DNA of 28,750 bases from an uncultured Verrucomicrobiales bacterium (GCA_938091905.1 CALKOM010000123.1:1-28750), one strand, 5' to 3'. Shown: positions 16,553-25,879, numbered from the stretch's first letter. Notes: generated from the letters alone by a model not told the origin. A program made the numbers and translations.

Positions 16553-19512
16553 GACTTCGATCGAAGCTTAAGATAACCTTCGTCATCGAGCGTGCCTTCA
16601 ATGGGTAATGCGGCTCCGGGCAAAAGCCGCCCCGAGGCACCCGGAAGGTGTCCTGTTTGTGGAGGGTCTTTGGACGGTGGGTGGGGCACGCTGAGACTGA
16701 CAATGAGACCACTCGATTGAGATACCCAACCATAGCAGGCGGTGGCCTTGAGTCCGTCGAAGGGGCCGTTCTCTCGTGGCCGATCAAAGGTCGTGACGGT
16801 TCGGGTTAGGTTGTCCTTGAGTTTGAAGGCCTCCTGGCAGAATGATAGACCAGCCTCGCCTGTGATGATTGCTGTGACACCTTCTTTGTTGATCAAGGCT
16901 TCAGGGGTGGCCGGATGCGAGCCCATGGTGTGAACCACGAACCGTATTCCTTGCAAGATCGGCAGCCAGAGACCGAAGACTTGGCCAGTCACCTGATGAT
17001 TCGGATAGAGATTGAGAAGAACGTCGTCTTGGAGAAAGGCATTCACATCACTGATTTGAGCGACCTGTGAGAGAACTTGGGAATGACTTAAGAAGTGATA
17101 GTTCCCCTCGTTGTTCAGAATTCCGAGGGCAGGAGACTCTGGCTTCTGGGTGAGCCTGCGTTTGAGTAGCCATCGCGGGCTAAGAAAGACGCGGAACCGA
17201 GCTTGGAGCCGCGGTAAGCCGTCGACAGCTCGCAGTTCTTTCGTCAGTGACAGCACATGCTTGGGCCATGGTAAATCTGAGAGACCTTCATGGATAGCTT
17301 TCGTCGTGATGACGGTGGAGATATTTGCCTCTTCCAAGGATTTTGCTAGACTAGATCGATCCGCGGCTTGTAGAGGTAAGTTGACTACCATTTTGCCTGC
17401 GAGGATGAGTCCTAGATGAGCAAAGACACTTGGACTGCTCGGCGGTAGGGCAATCCCCACACGATCCTCGGCGATGCTTTCTTTCCATCGATCAGCGAGT
17501 TGTAGGCTTGAGGCGAGCACCATGCGACGGGTAAAACGGGTTCGGCGTATTTCAGACCGATCGATGAGGCAGACTTGTGTACCCTTCAGTTTCAGGGCAT
17601 CGATAGTAGCGTGGGCAAGAGTGGGTTGTTTGCTGTAGGCCTCTTGGCGAAGAGTGATCAGGGCATTGCGAACGGCGTCACGATCCGCCTCCGCAGCGAT
17701 TATGGGTGCGCCAAAGTTGACTGTTGCTGGATAGGGAAACTTGCTGAGGCGTTTAAAAAAGAATTTGTTCCCCGAGAAGGAAAAGCTAGATCCCCACATA
17801 CCGTCAATGGCTACAGGAATTACCGGTGCCCCCTTTGCTTGTCTAGCAATGAGTTCAAAACCTTTCTGGAATTCATTGAGGAATCCCGTGCGCGAGAGCG
17901 TTCCTTCTGGAAAGAGGCAGACAAGACCTCCCTCGTTGACGGCACCAGCTGTCGTCTTGATGGCTTGTCTAGCGCTCTTCGACGATATGGGAACGACTCC
18001 AAAGAGTCTTAGCCCCCAGCCGATGATGCCACGTTTGAAGAATCCATCATAGGCGACGAAACGGACGTCCCTGGGGCTGGCGGCACCAATGAGGAGGCCA
18101 TCGATCCACGTGACGTGATTGGCGAGCAGAAGGGCACCACCCTTCTCTGGTAGATTGGCTTCGCCCATAATCCTAAGCCTGTAGAAGAACCGCATGAAGA
18201 TCTTGAGTAAAATCCTCACAAAGTGCGACGGTAAAAGGCGAATGCAGAAGAATGCCGTGACGACACAGGCAATGAACAGAATCCAAAGCTGGCCACGACT
18301 TGAGATATTTGCGCCTTCCTCGAGAGCATACTGAGCGACATTAGCAAAGATCGCCGCCGCTGAATTGATGAGATTACTTGCCGATAAGACGCGTCCTCGA
18401 CGCGCGGGATCTGCTTTATCCTGAAGAAAGGCATTCTGCGGCACGAGAAACATGGCCGATGTCGCGCCTAACAAGGCCAGGGCAGCATAAAACCAGCTGC
18501 CCAATGGCAGCAAGGCGGCAAGAGCGATGCTGATTGCCATGCCAATCACGCCGAGAGGCACCAAGCCGAGTTCCAGCCGATTGGACGAGATCATGGCGAC
18601 GAAGACGCTACCTAACGCAATGCCAAGGCCGGTCGCTGCCAAGCAGTAAGAGGCGACGGCAGCAGCTGTTGCGCCATCAATAGGATAAGCTTCTTGGGCG
18701 ATTTGCGTGAATACGGCAATTGAGAACGCGCCTGTAAACCAGAAGACGGCGATCCCGATTGAAGATAGCCATACAGGGCGAGACCGATAGATCTCCCTGA
18801 GGTCGACAAAGTGCCGGAAGAAGACGCCAACTGTGAGTTTCTCTCCTGCATGAGCAGGCGTGGTCTGAATCCTGCGCACCATGATGAGCGCAGTAAATGC
18901 CATGAGAAGTATGAGCCCGACGGGCACCAGTCCGGCCATCCAAATATCGGGTATGTAATCGGAAGCTTTCTTGAATCCTGCACCTCCCACGGGCGACCCA
19001 AAGATGATCGCGACGATCGTAAGCATCTGCATCCATCCGGAGACGACCGATAGCTTCTTACTGCCCACCAGCTCTTTCATGATGCCAAGCTTCGCCGGAC
19101 CAAAGAACGCGGATTGGATCGCAAGGACAAAGAATCCTGCAGTAGCTAACCAAATGCTACGGCTGATCATGGCACAGATGATTGCCACAATGATTGCGAT
19201 TTGCGCCCAGAGACAGGTCTGAATGACCGAACGTTTGGAGAAGCGGTCCGATGCCCAGCCCGCGATCGGTGCAAAGATGACGAACGGCAAGGAGATGAGA
19301 ATGCCTATGGTGTTTTTGTAGGCGGTATCGATGGCGACAGGTTTGCCGTTGATCATCATGGTTTGCCCTTGTAGGACAATGAGGGCGATGCCTAACAACG
19401 TAAACCGAACAACATTGTCATTGAACGCATTCTGCGTTTGCACGGTCATGACCGCACGCAGAGAGCGCCAAGCTTGCGGGCTAGGCTCGCCCGAAGAGGA
19501 AGTGCTCGCCAT
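16549..19512 (-). CDS. MFS (LplT-like) transporter - 1-acyl-glycerophospholipid acyltransferase - degenerate acyl-ACP synthetase fusion (Aas-like)
   Basis: N-terminal MFS ('QNAFNDN', 'GWASDRFSK', 'QSAFFGPAKLG'); PlsC-type 'NHVTWID' and 'LFPEG'; C-terminal AMP-binding-like region lacking the canonical P-loop. Confidence 0.85.
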   Translation of the reverse strand: MASTSSSGEPSPQAWRSLRAVMTVQTQNAFNDNVVRFTLLGIALIVLQGQTMMINGKPVAIDTAYKNTIGILISLPFVIFAPIAGWASDRFSKRSVIQTCLWAQIAIIVAIICAMISRSIWLATAGFFVLAIQSAFFGPAKLGIMKELVGSKKLSVVSGWMQMLTIVAIIFGSPVGGAGFKKASDYIPDIWMAGLVPVGLILLMAFTALIMVRRIQTTPAHAGEKLTVGVFFRHFVDLREIYRSRPVWLSSIGIAVFWFTGAFSIAVFTQIAQEAYPIDGATAAAVASYCLAATGLGIALGSVFVAMISSNRLELGLVPLGVIGMAISIALAALLPLGSWFYAALALLGATSAMFLVPQNAFLQDKADPARRGRVLSASNLINSAAAIFANVAQYALEEGANISSRGQLWILFIACVVTAFFCIRLLPSHFVRILLKIFMRFFYRLRIMGEANLPEKGGALLLANHVTWIDGLLIGAASPRDVRFVAYDGFFKRGIIGWGLRLFGVVPISSKSARQAIKTTAGAVNEGGLVCLFPEGTLSRTGFLNEFQKGFELIARQAKGAPVIPVAIDGMWGSSFSFSGNKFFFKRLSKFPYPATVNFGAPIIAAEADRDAVRNALITLRQEAYSKQPTLAHATIDALKLKGTQVCLIDRSEIRRTRFTRRMVLASSLQLADRWKESIAEDRVGIALPPSSPSVFAHLGLILAGKMVVNLPLQAADRSSLAKSLEEANISTVITTKAIHEGLSDLPWPKHVLSLTKELRAVDGLPRLQARFRVFLSPRWLLKRRLTQKPESPALGILNNEGNYHFLSHSQVLSQVAQISDVNAFLQDDVLLNLYPNHQVTGQVFGLWLPILQGIRFVVHTMGSHPATPEALINKEGVTAIITGEAGLSFCQEAFKLKDNLTRTVTTFDRPRENGPFDGLKATACYGWVSQSSGLIVSLSVPHPPSKDPPQTGHLPGASGRLLPGAALPIEGTLDDEGYLKLRSKS

Positions 19513-19515
19513 GAC

Positions 19516-20490
19516 CTAGCCTAACAAGCGAGCGGCTTCTTTAGCGAAATAGGTCAGTGTCATGTCGGCGCCTGCTCGTTTGATAGCGGTGAGCGTTTCT
19601 AGAACGATCTTCTCTTCATCCAGCCATCCAGCAGCTGAGGCAGATTTGATCATCAGGTACTCGCCACTCACCTGGTAAGCCGCGATTGGCAGATGGGTGC
19701 TTTCTCGCATGCGTTGAATGATATCCAAGTAGGCTCCTGCCGGCTTCACCATGAGTACGTCTGCGCCTTCGTCTTCGTCCAGGTGCGCTTCTCTAATAGC
19801 CTCCCGCGTGTTGGCGTAGTCCATTTGGTAGGTCTTCTTGTCTCCAGATTTGGGCGCGGAATCAAGTGCGCCACGGAAAGGACCATAGAAGGCAGAAGCA
19901 TACTTTGCGGTGTAGGACATGATGGAGACCTCCTTGAATCCTTCGGTATCGAGTGCGTTACGCAGCGCGGCGACGCGCCCGTCCATCATGTCGCTAGGAG
20001 CAACGATGTCTGCCCCGGCTTGGGCCTGACAGATGGCCTGACTGCAGAGTATTTCAATCGTCTTGTCGTTCTTGATTCGCCCATCGCGAGCGACAATACC
20101 GTCATGTCCATCACTGTTGTAGGGATCAAGTGCCACGTCCGTGATGACAGTGATGTCAGGATGTGTCTTCTTAATGGCACGAATGGCACGTGGGACAAGG
20201 CCTTCAGGATTGTGAGATTCGACAGCTTTGGGATTCTTTAAGGAATCCGCAATCGCTGGAAAGAGAACGACGGCTCCGATCCCCAACGCTTTGGCATCGG
20301 AAATCTCACCCAGGAGTCCGTCGATACTCCAACGATGACATCCTGGCATCGAATCAATAGCGTCATTGCTAGACTCGTCATGAAGGAAGAGTGGATAAAT
20401 GAAATCTGCTGGCGACAACTGAGTCTCGCGAGAGAGTCCTCGAATGACAGGATTCTTCCTGTTACGGCGTGGGCGAATGGGGATGTTCAT
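19516..20490 (-). CDS. hemB: Porphobilinogen synthase (ALA dehydratase), Asp-rich non-Zn type
   Basis: 'RPRRNR', 'DVALDPYNSDGHDG', 'APSDMMDGRV', 'SYTAKYASAFYGPFR', 'MVKPA', 'AYQVSGEY'. Start moved to ATG 20490. Confidence 0.96.
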   Translation of the reverse strand: MNIPIRPRRNRKNPVIRGLSRETQLSPADFIYPLFLHDESSNDAIDSMPGCHRWSIDGLLGEISDAKALGIGAVVLFPAIADSLKNPKAVESHNPEGLVPRAIRAIKKTHPDITVITDVALDPYNSDGHDGIVARDGRIKNDKTIEILCSQAICQAQAGADIVAPSDMMDGRVAALRNALDTEGFKEVSIMSYTAKYASAFYGPFRGALDSAPKSGDKKTYQMDYANTREAIREAHLDEDEGADVLMVKPAGAYLDIIQRMRESTHLPIAAYQVSGEYLMIKSASAAGWLDEEKIVLETLTAIKRAGADMTLTYFAKEAARLLG

Positions 20491-20501
20491 GAACAGGGGG
20501 G

Positions 20502-21923
20502 CTACTTTCGAATCACTGTATACCCTTCTTTCCCGTCCTGGACAAGCCATCCCGCTTCGGACAGTTCATCGCGAAGGCGATCGGACTCCGCCCATTCTTT
20601 CGCAGAGCGAGCTTGCCAGCGCTCCTCGGCCATCGCCTTGATCTCCTTCGGAATGTCTTCACGGTTCTCTTCTTTCTCGAGTAGTTGGAGACCGAGGGCC
20701 GCAAGGATAAAGTGGTACTGTTGATAGAGCTTCGCCGCGATCGGCTGAGAGAGGGTCTTGGTATCGATACTCTTGATTGCTGTGAATATCTTGCCCAGGG
20801 CATCGGGCGTGTTTAGATCACGGCAAAGCGCTTCAAAGGCGGGTTGGAAAGGCCCAGCCTCGCCTGCTTGGCGGGCTGTTTCATAGTCTGGAACTTTCGA
20901 AGTCTGGGCGCGTTCTGCCAAGGACTTCTCAAACCGCGACAGACGATTCATGGCCTGGCGAGATGCTAGAAGCGAATCCAACGTGAAATTGAGATGATGG
21001 CGATAATGTCCTGACAAATAGACATAGCGCAATTCTTCAGGGGTATAGCCTTTCTCTTCCAAGTCGGCCAATGTGTAGAAATTCCCCAGACTCTTCGACA
21101 TCTTGCCGCCATCTACTAACAAGTGCGTGATATGAAACCAATGATGGGCAAACGTCGTGCCGGAACAGCACTCGCTTTGCGCAATTTCGTTTTCATGATG
21201 GGGAAACATCAGATCTACGCCCCCGGAATGCATGTCAAAGGTCTCGCCCAAATACTCCAAACTCATTGCGCTACATTCAAGATGCCAACCGGGGCGTCCT
21301 TCCCCCCAGGGGCTATGCCAGTAGTTGTCGCCATCCTCAGGCTTGCGCCCTTTCCACAGCACAAAGTCTGCCAACGAATCTTTGTCGTACTCGTCTGAAT
21401 CATTGGCAGTCTGAGCTGCTCCAATTTTGAGCTCACGATCTGCCACACGTGAGAGGCGTCCGTAGCCGGGAAAGGATTTCACGCTAAAGTAGACAGAGCC
21501 TTCTTTCTCGTAGGCGTTGCCTTTCTCGATCAGTGCCTCGATCATGCGAACCTGGTGAGGAATGTGATCCACGGCGCCTGGCTCAATGTGAGGCTCAAGC
21601 ATGTTTAGAGCCACGCAATCAGCGCTAAACTTGTCCTTCCAGTGCTTCGTGAAGTCGCCAAGCGTCTGTCCTTGGGCCTGAGACTCGCGAATCGTCTTGT
21701 CATCCACGTCGGTCACATTGCGCACGTGTTTCGTTGCGATACCTGCGCATTCTAACACCCGCCGAAAGGTGTCTTGGACGACGAATGTCCGGAAGTTTCC
21801 GATATGAGCTGGACCATATACGGTAGGCCCGCAGCAATAAAAGCGGTAGGTCTCGCCATCAATGGGAGAGACCTCGCGCGGTTCGCGGGTCATGGAGTCT
21901 TGCAGGGTCACAGTCGTCGCCAT
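20502..21923 (-). CDS. cysS: Cysteine--tRNA ligase
   Basis: '[13 protein letters not shown]', 'NVTDVDDK', '[12 protein letters not shown]', '[10 protein letters not shown]', 'KMSKSLGN'. ATG 21923 is preferred. Confidence 0.97.
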   Translation of the reverse strand: MATTVTLQDSMTREPREVSPIDGETYRFYCCGPTVYGPAHIGNFRTFVVQDTFRRVLECAGIATKHVRNVTDVDDKTIRESQAQGQTLGDFTKHWKDKFSADCVALNMLEPHIEPGAVDHIPHQVRMIEALIEKGNAYEKEGSVYFSVKSFPGYGRLSRVADRELKIGAAQTANDSDEYDKDSLADFVLWKGRKPEDGDNYWHSPWGEGRPGWHLECSAMSLEYLGETFDMHSGGVDLMFPHHENEIAQSECCSGTTFAHHWFHITHLLVDGGKMSKSLGNFYTLADLEEKGYTPEELRYVYLSGHYRHHLNFTLDSLLASRQAMNRLSRFEKSLAERAQTSKVPDYETARQAGEAGPFQPAFEALCRDLNTPDALGKIFTAIKSIDTKTLSQPIAAKLYQQYHFILAALGLQLLEKEENREDIPKEIKAMAEERWQARSAKEWAESDRLRDELSEAGWLVQDGKEGYTVIRK

Positions 21924-22118
21924 GACCGTCCCTGGCCCCAAGTTCGGGGCTTTTCAAAGGAAATCCAAGCATTGGCTGCCTTTCAGGGTGCACTGCATGA
22001 GAATCGGGCGTTGATCAGAACCCAGGTAGGGCCCCACAATGGCGTCAAGAATCCGCACTGAATTGCTGGTAAGCAGGTGGACGAGGGGGGGGGCGTGAGC
22101 AAGGATGTGTGTGGGGCG

Positions 22119-22842
22119 ATGAGTGCGTTGACCGTGGTGGGCATGCTAGGCGTTTCCTTATTGGCCTCGTGGAGTTCTAGCTGGCAAGTGAGTTTTCCCA
22201 TGGGTAAAGGTGAGCGTTACCACGCACGGTTGCTAAGGTTGAGCCAGCCCCTTCCTGTCGGGAGTTGGAGGCATCGAAGCGTCACCCGAGTGTTGTGGAA
22301 CCGGCAGAGGCGAGACCTCATTCGATGTTTGTTAGACAGTTTAGTCACGATTTATGGTCGGTCGCCATCTGCGTTTGGACCGGTGGATGCTTCACGTGCT
22401 TCTCCCTATTGTCGTTGGGATGGGGTATTTATTGAAGATCCGTCGCGCCGCACGTTCTCTCCCGGATTCGGTTTGGCTTTCGATGGTAGAGGGCTTAGTC
22501 ACGGAACTGGGAATCCAGTGTAGAATTGTCTTACTTGGTAACGGGATATTGCTGATGACGGTTGCTCCGCCCTGTGATCCTTGCGCCGACTGGAGCCTCA
22601 GAATGGTCTGAGGAACCCTGCCGTCTGGTCCTGCTTCATGAAATGGCGTCTATCAAGCGGTTCGACTGGTTCACACATTTGGATCGGGAACAGGCCTGCG
22701 ACGGTGTCGTCGTGGCCGCCGGAACCCAACCGTGCGATTATGCCGATGAACTCGCCGAGATGGCAAAGGTGCTCAAGGTACGTTCCTGGATGGCTCGGGT
22801 GGCCCTATCCATAGCGAGACATTCGAAGATTGGAACGCCACG
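22119..22842 (+). pseudogene. Decayed M56 (BlaR1/MecR1-type) peptidase gene
   Basis: Fragments in different frames: 'ALTVVGMLGVSLLASWSSSWQV', 'LLKIRRAARSLPDSVWLSMVEGLVTELGIQCRIVLL', 'LLRPVILAPTGASEWSEEPCRLVLLHEMASIKRFDW', 'REQACD...DYADEL'. HExxH is broken (HEMAS) and there are frameshifts. Boundaries are approximate. Confidence 0.75.
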
Positions 22843-23067
22843 CTGCCGCAATTTCAAAAACATGGCTACACTTTCGAGGTGGCTTCGGTCATGATGTCAC
22901 ACGGCATGAATGAACACGAACTGTCGTAGCTATTGGCAATCAGGAAACCGGGCAACGAAGCCTCTCAATGGCTACTAGAGAAGTTTGGCTTCCGTTTTGA
23001 GCGTTTGGTGAAGATGAATGATAGTTTCGAGGAGGACGAAGTCTATGTGGTGGATCTCTCTGCTTAA
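22843..23067 (+). pseudogene. 3' remnant of a RimJ/RimL-type GNAT acetyltransferase
   Basis: Manual translation LPQFQKHGYTFEVASVMMSHGMNEHELS*LLAIRKPGNEASQWLLEKFGFRFERLVKMNDSFEEDEVYVVDLSA*, with an in-frame TAG at 22927-22929. GNAT motif A-like and N-x-A-S-x-x-L-L-E-K-x-G-F motifs are present. Confidence 0.7.
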
Positions 23068-23087
23068 TTTGATGCCCTATCTCCAGG

Positions 23088-23126
23088 CGAAGACACCCGC
23101 TGACGCGAACGTCAGCGGGTGCTTCG
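23088..23126 (-). terminator. Strong hairpin downstream of the sigma factor gene (probable terminator)
   Basis: CACCCGCTGACG-cgaa-CGTCAGCGGGTG, a 12-bp perfect stem (UUCG loop on the minus strand) extended by CGAAG/CTTCG; weak U-tract. Confidence 0.65.
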
Positions 23127-23148
23127 AAATCCTGCTATTGGAAAAACC

Positions 23149-24063
23149 TTAGTCCATTTGCTCGGCGAACGGAGAAGGCTTCTTTGTCACCAAGGTAGGC
23201 AAGTTCTTCGGACGCAGGCCACGTGCTGGACGGGGGCCTGGATCCTCTTTCTTCTGAAGCGCGCGGCGAAGCTTCTTAAGCGCAATGTTCTGCAACTGAC
23301 GAATACGCTCACGGGTGACTCCAAATTCCTGACCGACTTCTTCGAGGGTCTTGGGCTTTTGACCATTCAGACCGAAGCGGGCGTCGATGATGGAGCGCTC
23401 GCGGTCATCGAGAACACTAAGAAGGCCCTCGAGCTGGCCGTGCATGTTCTTGTGACTGAGCAGATCGAGAGGCGTGTCTGCGGTGTCGTCACCAACGATT
23501 TCGCCAAACTCGGTGCTGTCATCATCGCTGATTGGGGCGTCGAGAGAAGCGGGACGTAAGGAAGCTGCCTTGAGCTGTGAGAGCTTGCCGCGATCAATGC
23601 CAATCTCTTCTGCGAGTTCGTCATCGGTCGGCTCGCGTCCAAGCTCTTCGCTCATTGACATAGCTACACGCCGCATCTTGGAGATCTTATCGACCATGTG
23701 GACTGGTAGGCGAATGGTCTTACTCTGGTTGGCAAGAGCCCGCTTTATGGACTGCTTGATCCACCAGGCAGCGTAGGTGCTGAGCTTGCCGCCTTTATTC
23801 GGGTCGAAGCGCTCAACGGCTTTCATGAGTCCGATGTTGCCTTCGGAAATAAGATCGAGAAGAGGGAGGCCGTAGTTGGCGTAGTCCTGAGCGATCTTCA
23901 CTACAAGACGTAGGTTCGCACGGATCATGTGAGCGCGTGCTTCCATGTCGCCGTTCTTGATTCGGTCAGCGAGTTCGATTTCTTGCTGTGGCGTGAGCAA
24001 TGCCGTCTTACCAATCTCACGAAGGTAGATCTTGATGCCGCCGTCTAATTCTAAGGATGCCAT
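23149..24063 (-). CDS. RNA polymerase sigma factor, RpoD/SigA family (regions 1.2-4, no region 1.1)
   Basis: 'IYLREIG', 'NLRLVV', 'DLISEGNIGLMKAVERFD', 'STYAAWWIKQSI', 'TIRLPVH', 'TLEEVGQEFGVTRERIRQ'. Confidence 0.95.
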   Translation of the reverse strand: MASLELDGGIKIYLREIGKTALLTPQQEIELADRIKNGDMEARAHMIRANLRLVVKIAQDYANYGLPLLDLISEGNIGLMKAVERFDPNKGGKLSTYAAWWIKQSIKRALANQSKTIRLPVHMVDKISKMRRVAMSMSEELGREPTDDELAEEIGIDRGKLSQLKAASLRPASLDAPISDDDSTEFGEIVGDDTADTPLDLLSHKNMHGQLEGLLSVLDDRERSIIDARFGLNGQKPKTLEEVGQEFGVTRERIRQLQNIALKKLRRALQKKEDPGPRPARGLRPKNLPTLVTKKPSPFAEQMD

Positions 24064-24227
24064 AGTGGTTAGCTTGTTTGGGTAGGTGGAAATCCGTGGG
24101 ACCTCGTTCCGATATAGGTAGTGGGGTGGCTGAGCGTTTCAGAGCTGATGCAGCGGCAGTTCTCTATAGAGTGGGCTCTGGAGTGATGCGGAAGGCCTAG
24201 AAATTTGTTTGCTCGAAACGGGGGTGG

Positions 24228-24256
24228 AGTTCAAACACGGTAAGTGTCTGGGTCAA
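24228..24256 (-). promoter_or_regulatory. Candidate sigma70 promoter for the sigma factor gene
   Basis: Minus strand TTGACC-N17-TGAACT about 165 nt upstream of the ATG; the -10 is weak. Confidence 0.3.
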
Positions 24257-24309
24257 CGGAATAGTTTAGGAATTGTCTGATAGTTGCAATAATAATTAGT
24301 AGGTTTCTG

Positions 24310-24345
24310 TTCCCACTAGAAAACCGGTAGATTTTCTAGTGGGAA
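24310..24345. repeat. Perfect 14-bp inverted repeat in the divergent sigma/amtB intergenic region
   Basis: TTCCCACTAGAAAA-ccggtaga-TTTTCTAGTGGGAA. Confidence 0.85.
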
Positions 24346-24506
24346 TAGAGTCTCGCCCTACCTAGGAACGCTTTTTGAAGGGGTTTGTTTCCCCGATAGT
24401 CAAATCTTTTTAACTGTTTCCGTAAATGATGTAAATATAGGTATAAAAGCGGCAACCGCTGGAGGCTGATGCTTTCTTAGCTGCTCAGATGAATATTATT
24501 CATGAA

Positions 24507-24522
24507 TGGTATGGAAGTTGCT
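24507..24522 (+). promoter_or_regulatory. Sigma54 (-24/-12) promoter for amtB
   Basis: TGGTATGGAAGTTGCT matches TGGCACG-N4-TTGCW with exact GG-N10-GC spacing, upstream of an ammonium transporter. Confidence 0.75.
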
Positions 24523-24577
24523 AATCGGGGGTGGATTGGGCTTGCACGTCCCGTTTCCAACTCAACTTAACCTTCTA

Positions 24578-25879
24578 ATGATTAATACATTACGCTTTAG
24601 GCCGAGCGCGCTTTGCCTCTGTCTCACTGGAATACCAACGCTTGCTTCTGCTCAAGAAGCCGCACCTGCCCTCGATTCGGGTGATACCGCCTGGATGATT
24701 GTCGCCAGCGTCCTGGTGCTTTTTATGACTTTGCCTGGCCTTGCCCTCTTTTACGGCGGGTTGGTTCGCTCTAAGAACGTGCTTTCGGTCTTGGTGCAAT
24801 GCTTTGTCATCGCCGCATTGATGTCCCTGCTCTGGGTCGCCTATGGCTTCAGTCTTGCATACACCGAAGGGAATTCACTGGTTGGAGGGTTCTCGGAATT
24901 ATTCCTCAAAGGCACGGGAGTCGACACCCTCGAAGGGACGATTCCCAAGACGGTCTACATCATGTTTCAAATGACCTTCGCCATAATCACTCCAGCGCTC
25001 ATCGTTGGAGCGTTTGCTGAAAGGATGAAATTCAGTGCCATCCTGATCTTTTCAACAATCTGGTTTACGTTCAGCTACTTGCCTGTTTGGCACATGGCTT
25101 GGAATTCTGGTGGTCTCTTCTGGGGCTGGGAAGTTCAGGACTTTGCGGGAGGCACCGTCGTTCATATCAATGCGGGCATCGCGGGACTCGTTGCCTGTAT
25201 CATGGTCGGTAAGCGTCAGGGCTACGGCAAGGTGCTGATGGCTCCTCACAACGTGCCGATGGTTTTGATCGGTGCCGCAATGCTGTGGGTGGGATGGTTT
25301 GGTTTTAATGCAGGAAGCGCCGTGGCGGCGGATGGGACGGCTGGCATGGCCATGCTCGTGACGCAGATCGCTGCAGCTGCAGCAGTGATTGGCTGGCTAG
25401 TGATGGAATCGCTTGTCTCAGGAAAGCCGACAGCGGTAGGTGCTGCGACTGGCGCTGTGGCCGGACTTGTTGCGATTACTCCTGCTTCTGGCAGCTGCGG
25501 TCCAATGGGCGCGCTCCTGATTGGAATCGTCTCTGCTGTAATGTGTTATTTCACAGCGACGACGATAAAGCGGAAGTTTGGCTATGATGATAGTCTTGAT
25601 GTCTTTGGTGTCCACGGTGTCGGTGGTTTGGTCGGGGCGCTGTTGACTGGTGTGTGCATGGCTCCGGCTTTCGGAGGCATCGGAGGCGAGGAATTCAATA
25701 TGATCGGCCAGGTAGTCGTCCAAGGAAAGAGTGTGGTGGTCACGGCTGTGTGGAGTGGAGTGGTATCCGTGGTCGTCCTGGCGGCTTTGAAAGCCACGAT
25801 TGGTTTACGGGTGGATGATACCGATGAAGAACTTGGTCTTGACCAGGTGGCTCACAACGAGAGTGCCTACGAGAAGTAG
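24578..25879 (+). CDS. amtB: Ammonium transporter
   Basis: 'GDTAWM', 'GLALFYGGLVRSKN', 'FQMTFAIIT', 'DFAGGTVVH', 'WVGWFGFNAGS', 'DDSLDVFGVHG'. Start moved to ATG 24578 because 24506 lies within the sigma54 promoter. Confidence 0.96.
   Translation: MINTLRFRPSALCLCLTGIPTLASAQEAAPALDSGDTAWMIVASVLVLFMTLPGLALFYGGLVRSKNVLSVLVQCFVIAALMSLLWVAYGFSLAYTEGNSLVGGFSELFLKGTGVDTLEGTIPKTVYIMFQMTFAIITPALIVGAFAERMKFSAILIFSTIWFTFSYLPVWHMAWNSGGLFWGWEVQDFAGGTVVHINAGIAGLVACIMVGKRQGYGKVLMAPHNVPMVLIGAAMLWVGWFGFNAGSAVAADGTAGMAMLVTQIAAAAAVIGWLVMESLVSGKPTAVGAATGAVAGLVAITPASGSCGPMGALLIGIVSAVMCYFTATTIKRKFGYDDSLDVFGVHGVGGLVGALLTGVCMAPAFGGIGGEEFNMIGQVVVQGKSVVVTAVWSGVVSVVVLAALKATIGLRVDDTDEELGLDQVAHNESAYEK

Noticed and set aside
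20090..20140. HemB lacking the Cys-rich zinc site
   Set aside because: The Asp-rich DVALDPY...GHDG type is a well-known, widespread variant, so it is not novel.
19693..20241. 182-aa antisense ORF, and similar shadow ORFs (2132-2650, 3133-3645, 23119-23559, 26573-27115)
   Set aside because: They lie fully opposite well-conserved genes, have no recognisable motifs, and are expected at this GC content.
22085..22093. G9 homopolymer as a phase-variation tract
   Set aside because: It precedes a pseudogene with several independent lesions; slippage could not restore function.
22077..22894. Three apparent short ORFs (148, 85 and 110 aa) as separate genes
   Set aside because: They are out-of-frame pieces of one decayed M56 gene.
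22927..22929. In-frame TAG in the GNAT fragment as recoding (pyrrolysine or alternative code)
   Set aside because: TAG terminates many intact genes in this window, and the fragment also lacks its 5' half, so decay is the simpler explanation.
24506..24577. Longer amtB start
   Set aside because: It lies within the sigma54 promoter and leader; ATG 24578 gives a plausible signal-like N-terminus.
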